Assembly: GCF_964204645.1 (NCBI RefSeq)
Contig: NC_134025.1
Coordinates: 30,732,299-30,796,298 of the forward strand
Reading direction: 5' to 3'
DNA from: Tubulanus polymorphus
Taxonomy: Eukaryota > Animalia > Nemertea
DNA length: 64,000 bases
Both the position numbers and the translations under genes were made by a program. Under the pieces are notes generated by a model. It was given only the letters and a program-made list of their open reading frames with translations, had not been told where the DNA came from and ran no database searches. Positions 12,096 through 24,385 of this stretch are shown in pieces (position 1 is the stretch's first letter; every line of letters starts with the position of its first letter).

Positions 12096-14266
12096 TCATT
12101 GTAGAAAATCGACAACTTCATCTAATTCTCTTTGTCTCGCTTGTTGATGTGCCCAGCGAGCTTCAGCTATTTGCGGAGTTACTCTCCATTTATCGTGATA
12201 TATTCGTTTATTACATTTCGGACACTTTTTGCCACCTACAAAAACGTTATCAAATCTATGTGAGATCGAGGACGAATTATGACTATATAAACAAAACCAA
12301 TAAATAAAGCTGAAATAAGAACTTTTAGAAATGTCAGATTTCGATATTTTACATTTATACAAACTGCACATATGTATATATAACTAGTCACAATGTAATG
12401 ATTTCTTGTGTCATAATTGTGGATTAATTTTTTTCATGTATCTTCAGGGGAGTTTACCTTCAAACGGAGGTGTTTTGAAATATAAATCCATACAGCGTTT
12501 ATGATATATATGTCCGCAGTAAACACGTTCTATGTATTCATCATTCAGAGGATCTTTTATAATTTCCTAAAAAAAAAAGAGAAATTAATGCATCATTTTA
12601 ACTTCCAATTCTGTGGAAAAAGGTTCATATTTCGACGCTGTATTATCTTACCTTTGGGTTGGCAGGTAAAGCATTTTTATTGCATAATGCACACTGTTCA
12701 GTAGGATAGCGTCTGACGCAGGTGAATAGAAAATCAGCTACGAGTTTCAGGGATGGTTTAGGTTGAAATGGAGGATCTCTGTAGCGCAAATAAACATTCA
12801 TAGTTTATATCTTCTATAAATACAGAGTGGAATCACATAAAAAAATCGATTCCATGATTTCTTACTTGGGATTTTTCTTTATAGGCGGTTGAACGCAACG
12901 TCTCGTTATTTCTACAGCGTAACCGAAAAAATAGCGAGAAAAAACTTCTGGAAAATTATGATCGACAAGTTCTAACCTGTAATGAGCAGAATACGGTAGA
13001 TTCAAATATCTAGAAGATGATTTTGCACCATCTAAATATCTAAATACATGGTAGAATAGCCACACTCAAGTGTAGAGAATGGATATTAAGTTTAAAACCC
13101 GATATATACAGAATTTAAACGATGACGATGATCCCTAGTGAGAATTCGAAACATGTATGTGATTTTGATTTTATGTATTTTGATTTTAGTTCCTGATAAG
13201 TAAAATTTGTCTTGAATCTTTCAAATTTCTGTTTATGGCATAAACAGATTGGGTATATTTAAAAATACATGTTGTATTTAACTAATACTCACTGTAACTG
13301 CTCATTATAATAATGATCTGGAACAGTACAATTGATTTTTATAAAATACTGGTCCTGGCAGATTTTTATCGTGACGTTCGACGTTTTTTGTTTCAATTTT
13401 ATTTCATCCACTTTCGTCAATAGATCTTTTTTGATGTAGGATATTTCCTCGCTACACACACACAACGGGTTATCATCGATAAAGTGTTTTACAAAATACA
13501 ATGTCGTCATCACCTGTAAACAAACCCTCAAACAATTCACTCACAGACCAGGTTTCCGAAGGACTCATTTCATTTCATTCTTTTTAAAGTCTTGTAACTC
13601 CTAAACTTTCATCAGGGGCTGGTTACGTAGTCATGGGTTAGACTTAAGACCGGTCGAAGACTATCTTAGTTCTATAGCCAATCTAACAACTTAAGACCAT
13701 TCTTTAGATTTAAGACCACTTTCGGACTTAAGTCTCGACTATGGAACCGGCCCCTGAAGGCTTAGCTGCCCTGGAAGACCTAAACCTTCTGCTATCGATC
13801 GACCCTATTAGGTTAAAAAGCAGTTATAATCAAATGTAACCAAATATCTACAAATCTAAAATATATTTCAGATACTTACTTGTTTTTTTCTAAGAAAGTT
13901 CTTACATTCTTGTTCACATAATTTGGTGAGTCCGTCCAGTAATTTTTCAGACATTACCGAACTTTTTAATTCGATGAGGAGAGGAGAATCGGGATAGTTC
14001 TCAGGGAACTGTATACAAACAGTCAACGTTTTTAATTTCGTTTTCCTGAAAATTAAATCAAATCATTACTAACATTCGTAAATATCTACAGAAATAGGAA
14101 ATTGTTGAAGTTATACGGCGTACCATATTTTAACGCGGACAGCCATCGGATGACACGCTATTAGCTCCGCTCCTGGTATGTCGCTGTATTGATTTTTCAC
14201 TAATTCTAACTCTTCATCGATGAATGAAGAGATTGGGCCTGAAATAGCAGCAGCAGCCGCCGCCAT
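12096..14266 (-). CDS. Uncharacterised RWD/UBC-like + RING-H2 protein (probable E3 ligase)
   Basis: Spliced model: MAAAAAISGPISSFIDEELE..., LTVCIQFPENYPDSPLLIELKS (RWD-type YP motif), INCTVPDHYYNEQ, CALC...YCGHIYHKRC...KKCPKC (C3H2C3 spacing), ending RELDEVVDFLQ*. About 7 exons with GT-AG introns. Confidence 0.8.
13615..13755. mobile_element. MITE family B (core tatagccaatctaacaacttaagacc)
   Basis: GGGGC..GCCCC-type ends. Copies at ~44270-44398, 48276-48397 (reverse), 46818-46910 and 27915-28140 (reverse). Confidence 0.75.
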
Positions 14267-15566
14267 TCTTCAACTAACACACACTACGCTACCCTACACA
14301 TAAATCAATACATAGAATAAATCATTCATTCCAATTCATCCCTGTGGAATCAACTAAATTCATTTCCACCATTTTTTTAAAGATGAATTGTTGTTGAAAC
14401 GATAGATTAAGTGAAAAGGTCTGTGTAAATAAGAAAGTGGTCCCAGACCAACCAGCCGACAAGGGTGGGTTAAGATAGTCCGTATGCCAGACGATGTACA
14501 GGTTCCCCAATTTCAGAACAACAGCTTAAGACCGGTGGAAGAAGTCGCGAGTAGGTGATGTCGACTGAGTCTGTAGTGAGGGGTCGAGGAGTGAGCACTG
14601 GTTGGTGAGATGACGTTCACAGTTTTAAAGACCTAGCAGTTCAGAGCTGGTCTTCACTTTCAATTAAAATCTTTAATCAAAAACTCTGCGATGAAATTGG
14701 ACGCACCTTTTAAGATTCTTTCGGTAATGAGAAAAAAGTCTGGCTGCTGTTCCAGAACCAACAAAAGAATTCAATTTTTAATTTTTTTCGTCCATGGACG
14801 CGGCCATTTTGAATGATGACGTCAGGATCGGAACAAGCGGAGCGGCCTGACACAGACCCGGACAATTGGAACAAGGCGGTTTAGAGTTCCATGGGTTAGG
14901 ATCAGTTATTAGGGTTAGGGTTAAAGGTCAGGGTTGGAATCCTGGATAGGAACTACAGGACACGGACTGAAGTACAAATCGGAACAAGTGCCTCAACAAG
15001 TTACGACTTAAACGATCATCAGATGGGGCAAAAACGAAGTCTTCATATTTATCAATCATCGTTAGAATTAGTACGTCATTAAATCTGTGTGCATTTCTTA
15101 ATTCTTTATGGAAGCCCCGAGGCGGCGACATTGCCAGTTACTAAATATAGTAGCTAATTGAGCGTCAATATAACTGTCAACGGGGCCCAGTGTAGTGCTG
15201 TCAGTCAATCGTATTGGTTTTGCCGTTGATATAATCGCAGTAAAAGCTTGTCCTCGGCAGACCAGTTGGTGGGATTATTTTTTTTGGGTTGATAAAGAGA
15301 AGTAGATTGCAAGAATAAAAACACAGGGCTTGGTTTCACTGGAAGAGAAGTAACCTGGGAATGTTTTGAAATTTGTCATTTATAACCATGGTTTCTCATT
15401 GTTACTATGGTGGTTTTCACCCAGATTGAGGATTAGGGATAACTTTGATACTCAAGTCTGTGAAACAGGGCTCTGGAGTTTCATAAAAAGGTTGAACTCT
15501 TTTAATTGATTTAATTTCTTCATTAATTCAGTTTATCTTAAAACGATTTAGGCCTCGAGCAATCCA

Positions 15567-15698
15567 GGGTGCAGTTTCACGAAAAAGTTTAAGGCTTAAA
15601 CGGTTAAGTCTGAATTGTTGTCCTCATTGAAGAAATGAAGTAACCAATGGTAATTACACCAAGAATTTCAGTTTAACTTTTTTGTGAAACTGAGCCCA
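15567..15698. mobile_element. MITE family C, PIF/Harbinger-like
   Basis: cag|GGTGCAGTTTCAC...GTGAAACTGAGCC|cag: TIRs flanked by a CAG duplication. Copies at ~9290-9407 and ~31350-31470. Confidence 0.7.
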
Positions 15699-15729
15699 GG
15701 ATTTGCTAAAAATATTAAACTTAACTAAG

Positions 15730-15942
15730 GCTAAACAAAATTGATACCTTGTTTCTCCGCTCTGCTGAGAAAAGTTGACCCGGCCGGCCGCCTATCTACC
15801 CTGTACATTACTATTAAATCAAGATCAATTTTACCATAACAGACCCGGCCGCTATTAAATGAACTGTTTACAAATTTTATCATATTTTACAAAAATGACC
15901 CGGCCGCTGCGGAGAAACAAGGTATCATTTTTGTTTAGTCTA
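15730..15942. mobile_element. MITE-like element with ~30-bp terminal inverted repeats
   Basis: ctaaacaaaattgataccttgtttctccgc ... gcggagaaacaaggtatcatttttgtttag, with an internal gacccggccg motif present three times. Confidence 0.75.
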
Positions 15943-18900
15943 AACGAATGACACATTTTAAAATCAATCATATTTATTCTCATACAACAATTATACAAAA
16001 TGCCAGGAGTGCTCGAAGAATCAAGCTTAATTTTTGCTCCTCAAACACATGGACTTTCAAGAACAACTAGTCCAACCACCATAGGTGTATAAACTATAAA
16101 CGAGAGTTTATACACCTATGTCATGGTTCAATTGACATGAACATGACAACAACAATTATACCTAAATGACAGCTATTTATGTAATCTACTTGAGGAAGTG
16201 CCTCATTTACAAAAACATGACCTGTATTTCGAAAAAAAGTCTCCAACATAAAAACATTAAAAACACAAATTCAAACTGGAAAGCTTATGATTAACTAAAT
16301 TTCTTTAACTAAATTCTTTGATTTAATTTTCATCAACTTTATTTCACAAGATAACTAGATTTTTCGCCACCTTTGCTCAGACATGATCAAATTGGTTATT
16401 TTCTAACATGTTACATTTAATGCTAAGTATTTTGGAGGTACGTATCCTCTTATACGCAATCAACAAGATAAAATTGTTCACCTGTCAATTTTAATACTGC
16501 TAGCACAATCTACTAATTAACACTTCATATAATATCCTCATCTATCAAGAGACTGCTCCTCTATTTTCCATAATTGACCAATTAGTATCTGTATCCTCAA
16601 GTTATCAAGAAACTGCTGCTATTTTCGACAGGCCCTTTATTAAATCAGTATACTACTGAAAAGCACCATAGTGGAATTGTTTCTATAAAACCTTAACAAC
16701 TGAAATGTTTCAATACGAATGATGAAAATGTTCACATCGTTTTATTCACACAACAATAATATCTTAAACGAGGAATCATCATGAAAGTTCCTAATTTCCA
16801 AACATGCAAACTGTGTTACAATAACAGTCTCCAACATAATAGCATTAAAACTAGAGATGAGAAACTCGGATTCACTCTGGAAATCTAAGTATCAACTAAT
16901 CATTACTAGAAAACTAGAATTTTGCCAACTTTGCCCTGACTTAAAGATTTCCAAACACCTTGACATTACATACTAATTATTCTGACATTTTTTCTTCCAG
17001 CTTCGAAAAAGATCAACATGATTATACAATAAGTAACTAATTAATAACATCAATAACTTAAGTTTATAGCTGTTTAACATTCTTTTAAAAAGTAAAATGT
17101 TATCACCAGATTTTAGATACATAGTTAGTCTACCCCAGTTTAACAATAAACAGTCGCAGCAGTGATTGAGCGCGGCTAGTTGAAAGGACGGGTCGATCTT
17201 TCATCACAGTTATTCAAAAAATTCTATCATATCAGTTATTTTTTTAAATGTTTTCGATTTAGTTAAGGTTTATAGTTATTTGTTTAGTTCATTACAATAA
17301 CTGAGTTGATAGAATGCTTTGAATAACAACAGAAAAGATCTCGGGTTTTCGCTATACTTAGGGAAGGTTGTTCAATGAATGAAGAACCTTGTTGATAAAT
17401 ATTCGAAAAAATGCCTTTTCATGTAAATAGCGTATTAATTTGTTGTTTGTTTGTATCTATTTTTTACATTATCTATTTATTTGTGTGCTTGTATTTTGTA
17501 TAATTTACTATTTATCATTATTTATTGGTTTTTTTTATTAATTCATGTACTTGTAGTTTGTATTATGTCTATTTACAACTGCAGGCATTTTTTCACTGTA
17601 AAGTTCTGGGCCCATTTTAAAAAAGCACTACTGATTCACTGCCACTCCTTGATAATCATTAAACACCCAATTTGAAGCTAAGTGATTATTCACGAGAGCC
17701 ATCTCGTGATATGGATTTACCCATTATAATAAAAGAAGTTCAAACAGCTATAAACAATGTTAAAATGTTCAAAATTAGTCCTAACTATAACTTAATGCTT
17801 CGTTATTCCTAGCTTTACCTCTCAAATGTAAATAATGGTCTCCTTTTAGATGAAGCTTTAGTTTTATAGATTGATGCAGGCTCAAAGTTAAAACTTGATG
17901 TGAAAATTGACATATGTTTCATTTTTCAAATTGGTTACATTGGCCTTTGAAAAAATATCATTAAATGCCATCAAATTAATACAAACAAAATTCCGCAAAT
18001 ACTTATTTGTGCATAGAACACTGGCCTAAAGCTATGTTCTATGTCTCCTAACTATGTGATACCTAGGGCAAAGCCAGACAGGGGCATAGCCACTGTTGAC
18101 TATGTTTAAGTATGGTAAGTTCAAACATTAAACTCACAATATCATGTTGAAACTATATCTCAGTTTAGGTGTTAACTAAATAGACCTAGGAGTCCAAACT
18201 AGGCGCTCGACGCCGACATTTACCCTCGTCACTAACCTAACTAGACTTATCTATCAACTTAGGATCGAAGACCAATATTTTGAATTAATGGAGCTAAGCT
18301 TTCATAAGACTCTCACATTGCATGAAACATTATAAAATAATTTCCTCGAAAACACTATATTATCCATCAGACTGGTTAGAAAATGGGTGATAAGCAAAAA
18401 AAATCAATACTTTACTACAGAAGTGCGCTATTATCTTTGCTGCTCCTGGATCTCAAGTGTTTATAAGATAATCCATTAGAATTGCTGCGCGAATTAGTGT
18501 TTATAAGATACGCTATTGTCTCTGCTGCTCCTGATAAAATGTTTTATAGAAATCACCGATTGTAGAAGAATCCATTGTTGAGTGATTAATCCGTCGCTGG
18601 CTCCTCAACTTATGTCACCTGGGCTTCTGCAGTTTTCATCAGCAAATGGGTCGATCAGTAATCGTTGTGGGTGTCTTCTTGATGATGTACGTAGTTTGGC
18701 TGAAACAAAGTGAAGAAAGCAAAACATTTCAGACAGATTTATGATAATTCACATTTCAAATTACAAGCCACCGTGTTTTTCACTAAGTAAAATTCATTGA
18801 CGTCAATTGCCGATTTAAACCCCTATAATTAATTGCAGTAGTAGGACTAGTTCATCATTGTTTAAGACTAGTTAAGATAAAAGATCAGCCATGTCTACCT

Positions 18901-19337
18901 ATAAATAGAGTTTGAGGATAGTCACTTATTAAATGATATTCACATGAGGCCTGAAATTTCTATATACAGGTAATTCCATGTATATCAACTTACCTTTTAA
19001 GATTGCTGGGTTCAGTTCTGGTCTTTTCTGTGCACTTTTCCAGTTTGTAGATTTTTGGACGAGTAGTTGATCTCAATCTGGGCTTTTTCGTATAGTTGAA
19101 ATTCAGCTGCAATGATCATAAGAAGATATCCTGTAATGACAAAAGATTTCATTTAGAATGAATCAAAATTTTTCCATGTACATCAAGTTACCTTTTATGA
19201 TTGCTGGGTTCATTATCGACGTGGATCATTTAAGTTTGTTGGCTGATGAGTTGAATTCAAACTGGCCCGTTATGTGAGCTGTTCTCTCATCGGCAGATTT
19301 TAGATGAGTTGTTGATCTCAGGCTCTGGTTTGAAGAA

Positions 19338-20270
19338 CAGATATAGTTGTGTGATCTGCGGTCAATCTTACATAATTTTTTTTCAAAATCAAAGTAGTCC
19401 GAAAGTTTACAAGATAGAATTTTGTCTAAGTTTTACGTATTTTTAAAGTTTTTTTTTTAAATCCAAGTGCAGATATAGCAGTCAATCTTACATAATTTTT
19501 TTTCAAAATCTAAGTAGTCCGAAAGTTTACAAGATAGAATTTTGTCTAAGTTTTACGTATTTTTAAAGTTTTTCTTTTAAATCCAAGTGCAGATATAGCA
19601 GTCAATCTTACATAATTGTTTTTTCAAAATCGAAGTAGTCCGAAAGTTAACAAGATAGAATTTTGTCTAAGTTTTACGTATTTTTAAAGTTTTTTTTTTT
19701 AAATCCAAGTGCAGATATAGCAGTCAATCTTACATAATTTTTTTTCAAAATCTAAGTAGTCCGAAAGTTTACAAGATAGAATTTTGTCTAAGTTTTACGT
19801 ATTTTTAAAGTTTTTCTTTTAAATCCAGGTGCAGATATAGCAGTCAATCTTACATAATTGTTTTTTCAAAATCTAAGTAGTCCGAAAGTTAACAAGATAG
19901 AATTTTGTCTAAGTTTTACGTATTTTTAAAGTTTTTCTTTTAAATCCAAGTGCAGATATAGCAGTCAATCTTACATAATTTTTTTTCAAAATCTAAGTAG
20001 TCCGAAAGTTTACAAGATAGAATTTTGTCTAAGTTTTACATATTTTTAAAGTTTTTCTTTTAAATCCAAGTGCAGATATAGCAGTCAATCTTACAAAATT
20101 TTTTTTCAAAATCGAAGTAGTCCGAAAGTTAACAAGATAGAATTTTGTCTAAGTTTTACGTATTTTTACAGTTTTTTTTTAATCGAAGTACAGATATAGT
20201 TGTGTGATCGGCGGTCAATCTTACATAATTTTTTTTAAAATCCAAGTAGTCCGAAAGCTTACAAGGTAGA
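19338..20270. repeat. ~120-bp tandem repeat, about 7.5 copies
   Basis: Unit gcagatatagcagtcaatcttacata...aagtagtccgaaagtttacaagatagaattttgtctaag... recurs at about 19469, 19589, 19711, 19831, 19952 and 20072. Confidence 0.95.
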
Positions 20271-21416
20271 AGATAACTTTGTCGAATTTTTACATTTGTT
20301 GGTTGTTTTTTCCGGGTATATGTTGATGTCTTCGTCCTCCAAGTTGCTTGTCCTGTATGTTGACTAGGGAATGATGTTGTTGGAACGTCCAAGGGTGCTA
20401 TCGGACTCAGTCCCGGAGTCGGATTATGGATGTTGGTATCACCAGAATTCCCACCATCGGAGTTTGACTTCTGGCTAGCGAAATGACAAGATGAAGAGAG
20501 CATATTATATATTAGGTCAAAATGTTTGTCAGACAGAGCCTGACCACTGTGGTTTGAGAAAGCTTTAATTATCTCAAAACCATGCCAGCTCCATTCGTGT
20601 CTGGGTACATATACAGCCAAACCATGTACCTCTTTCCCACACGATAAGCCAGGTTTTTTAAGAACGGAATGTCTGAGTTTTTTGCCTTCGAGCTAGTAAG
20701 AAATGAACACCAAAATACCACTTGCCCCTCCTAATGCCAGGCTTTTTTTTCTGAGAATTGAACACCTGCATTTTTGATTTATTAAAAATCAACCCCTGAT
20801 TGCCCCAAGTAATAAGCTGAAATGAAATAGTACATAATCATTGATTAACAAGACGAAATTTCTGACTATATCTAACTATGATAGTGGTAATGACGAAAAT
20901 GATGAAAGGCCAGGATGAGGGGTCTGAATCAGAAATCGAAGATACAGAGTTTAGGATGTATTTGAAGTACACAAAAGATGCTCGAGATTACAGAGTTCAC
21001 GAATACAATATAGACGATATCATCCGCTGCGACAAGAAAAATTGGGAAAGATTTTGATGGAAGGGGAAAGAACCTTGGATGAAAAATAAAATTTACAAAG
21101 TTTCACGGCTTAAATCGAAGTACAACCATATAGACGCTGGTAATACATAGTTTTAACGGCTTTACATCATATTTGATCTAACCTGAGAGAAAGAAGTCAG
21201 CACAGAACTTCTGGCTGATAACAGCAAAGTCTTAGTTCTCAGGGTTCCAACTGGCAGCGGCAGAGTCAGAGTTCTGTAACGTGGCCTCGTCCCAGCTAGT
21301 GGCGGGGTGCCAATGACACTGGTGTTACTACGGAGGACCCGCAATCAGAGTAAGACGGGAAGCGACAAACAACTTCGGCTTTGGGGGATATCCGATCTTC
21401 AAGCATCAACACCAAA

Positions 21417-21694
21417 AGACAACCGGCACCCAGAAGAGAGAGAAAAACTGGGTGAACGGGGAGCCCAATCAGCAAGATGCCAATGGGTAGCCTTAGGCGA
21501 AGAAACCAGCCGATTCAGACTAGAATGGACCATACTGGGGACCCAATTGAGAATTGAGCACACCACCTAAGACAACCGACACCCAGATGACAGAGAAAAA
21601 CTGGGTGAACGGGGAGCCCATCAGCAAGATGCCAATGGGTAGCCTTAGGCAATGAACCAGCAGATTCAGACTAGAATGGACCAAACTGGGGACC
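21417..21694. repeat. Two-copy ~127-bp direct repeat (period ~153 bp)
   Basis: agacaaccg...gaaaaactgggtgaacggggagccc...ttcagactagaatggacc..ctggggacc occurs twice. Confidence 0.9.
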
Positions 21695-24385
21695 TAAAGA
21701 TCCAACAGCCCCCTTAGTCGAAGATTGCTACCACTCCCATCTTATTCTGATCGTAGGTCCCCCGTAGTAACATCCGCATCACCAGCACTCCGCCACTAGC
21801 TGGTAAGAGGCCACATTAGTGAACTCAGACTCTGCCGCTGCCAGTTGAAACCCTGCGACTGAGAGGGCGGGGGCGAGGGACGAATGAAATGAATGAAAAA
21901 AAAATGAAAAAACAAAAATAATATAGAAAAATAATGAAAAAAATAAAGATATAAAATATACCACACATTCATACGACACATATAAACTCCATTCACTCCT
22001 CTTGCACACACAACTCCATCCACCGCACACATAACTCCATCCACCGCACACATAACTCCATCCACCGGCGCCACACCACCACTCCGAAATACTCCGCGCC
22101 ACAAGATCGCCAGGAAACACAGCAAAAGCTGAAGAGCTCGAGAGAACGCCATCTGATCGTGTCAAAGACTAGTACTCGATTGAAAGATTGTGGAGAAATT
22201 CCGCAGTTTTACAGTATCAAATGCAAACATAAATGTAGATATTTTATTGAACGGAATTGATTTTTCAGTTCACGTCAGTTGAAAACCCGTTTTGATCGAT
22301 GTTTTGATGTTTATTTTAAATACAAATTAGATTTAAGACCTAGGATTATTGACTAATATCTAATTGTGAGGATAGGATAAAAGGATCGCGGATAAATTTC
22401 CTGCTCGCATGCCACAGCTCTGTCAAATCTCAATCGTCCAGTGCTGCCCCTAAATACTGTGGCGAATACATAAACTAATCGATTAATATACTCTACCCGT
22501 ATTTGTACATGAGGCCTACCGTTTACTTATCTTGCTTAGTTTACGTCGTTCGTGTCTTGTGGTATCCCAAGACTATAAATCATATTGGATCCATTAGGGG
22601 TAGAGCTAGATAATTAAATGATAATTATCCGAACAGTAGATTGTTCTATTTTTTCTCCACGTCAAAGTTAATAGTTTAAAAATTCAAAATACAAATTATG
22701 TTCAAATTCAGATTTCACAAACAACAACTCGTTGGCCCACTGAAAGATAGCAGCGAAACAATCTTCGAGTAATAAATGTTAGAAAGAATTAGGTTATCCT
22801 CTCAGGGCCTGGTTAATTGCGTTACCGTACCGTAATGAAAAAAGTAAGCAAAGAAGGTAGGCCTGGACCGTGTAGGCTTACATTATCCAACTACAAAAGC
22901 CTTGACGCAACATAAACAAAATCGAAAAGGAAGATATCAAAAATGCAGGATATCACATGCCTGAAGGTAGCTTGGGCTTGAAGCTAATTACACCACGAGG
23001 GCAGATCTAGGCAAATATATCCGAATTTCAATTGCTAGACTTAATAGAGTGTGGTCGAATGAGAGAGTATAGCATCTCAGGGAATGTCTAGAAGTTCAAA
23101 TCACACTGCGTAGATTTGTTCACGTCAAGATTCATATAAAACTCAAACAGTGCCATAAAAATGAGCACCTGAAGTCTACATCAAGGACGGGTGGCCATTT
23201 TATCAGAATCTTGGGAAGAAATCCGTTGAGGAAGCGTCGATGGATAAAAGCAAACACATCTGATTTAAAAAAAAACATGTTTTGAACATTAGTTTCCATA
23301 ATATTGAAAGTGTGCCTAGTTTACAATATTTCTCATTACAAAACCAAAACCGACCCTGAAAGTATATTCTTCTGCAAGGGATAGGTTGGTTTGCAATTTA
23401 GGTGGTAAATTGTTTGAGATTTGGCTGTTGAAGGTATGAAGAATCACATATATTATGTTTCATCAGTAGCCGTATATGTCGTTGACGCGATTTGTGTGCA
23501 GATTTCACATGGTCACAGTCGAATGATCGTCGGTGGGTATTCACTATACGCCAGTTCAATTGAGTCTATTCACGCTCGTAACACAAACTAAGTCCCCTAC
23601 TATTATAGGCTACCAACCCTACTAGATGTCGTGTGTCATATGTTGTTTTTTTATTAGAAAGCCTTCCTGTTTATTTTGTAAAATTATCATGAAAGTTACG
23701 AAATATTCCCATACATTACTATACCTCAGAGTTAGATTACATATTGGCGTAAAGCGTAGGATGATTAATTTTAGGGTTTCGATTTCGTGCAAACGAGCTA
23801 AACTTAGTTCAATTATCTATAAAATCTTCTAATTTGCATTTCAATGACGAGCCCTGGTTGTTATTTCATTGAGAACATTTTAGATGACTGCGGTCCTTCG
23901 TCTTAAGACTGTTTTTTTTTGTCATCGTTCGGAAGGTTGACAAAATTTCATCTGGGTTTGTATGCAGACTTGAATTTGTCTGTGCCCACCTCGCGTTTTG
24001 AATACTTAATTGGTATGGTCCTCGGTAAAGCTGGAGATTGTCGATGGAGTTTGTTAATCTCTCGCTGCAAAAGTGAAGATGGCTCTCTTGCTCTCGGCTG
24101 GTCAACTAATATTAGCAAGCAAGAAGCATTTGAGAACTGACAATTGGCACAAAGTCTAGCAACTGGCAATCGTTTCAGGGCTTCCATAATTCTTCTTTCC
24201 ACGGACGTGGTAACGAAGTAATAACAAAGAATGAATTGAATTGATCGGAGCACGGAGCAATCCCATCACGTGACTTCCGGCCCGCGCGAAAATCAATGGT
24301 CGAGTGTTTTGTTGTTGAGATTGTCGTCGCTGGTTGTAATTCTCTGTGTAAATCACGCGCTGATTAAGGTGAGGGATTGAGGAAT

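Noticed and set aside
14893-14935. Telomeric TTAGGG repeats
   Set aside because: Only 2-4 degenerate units in an interstitial position; more likely part of a dispersed repeat.
20878-21150. Short + strand ORF with an in-frame TGA at 21055 (selenocysteine or readthrough?)
   Set aside because: No recognisable homology, no redox motif, and no SECIS identified.
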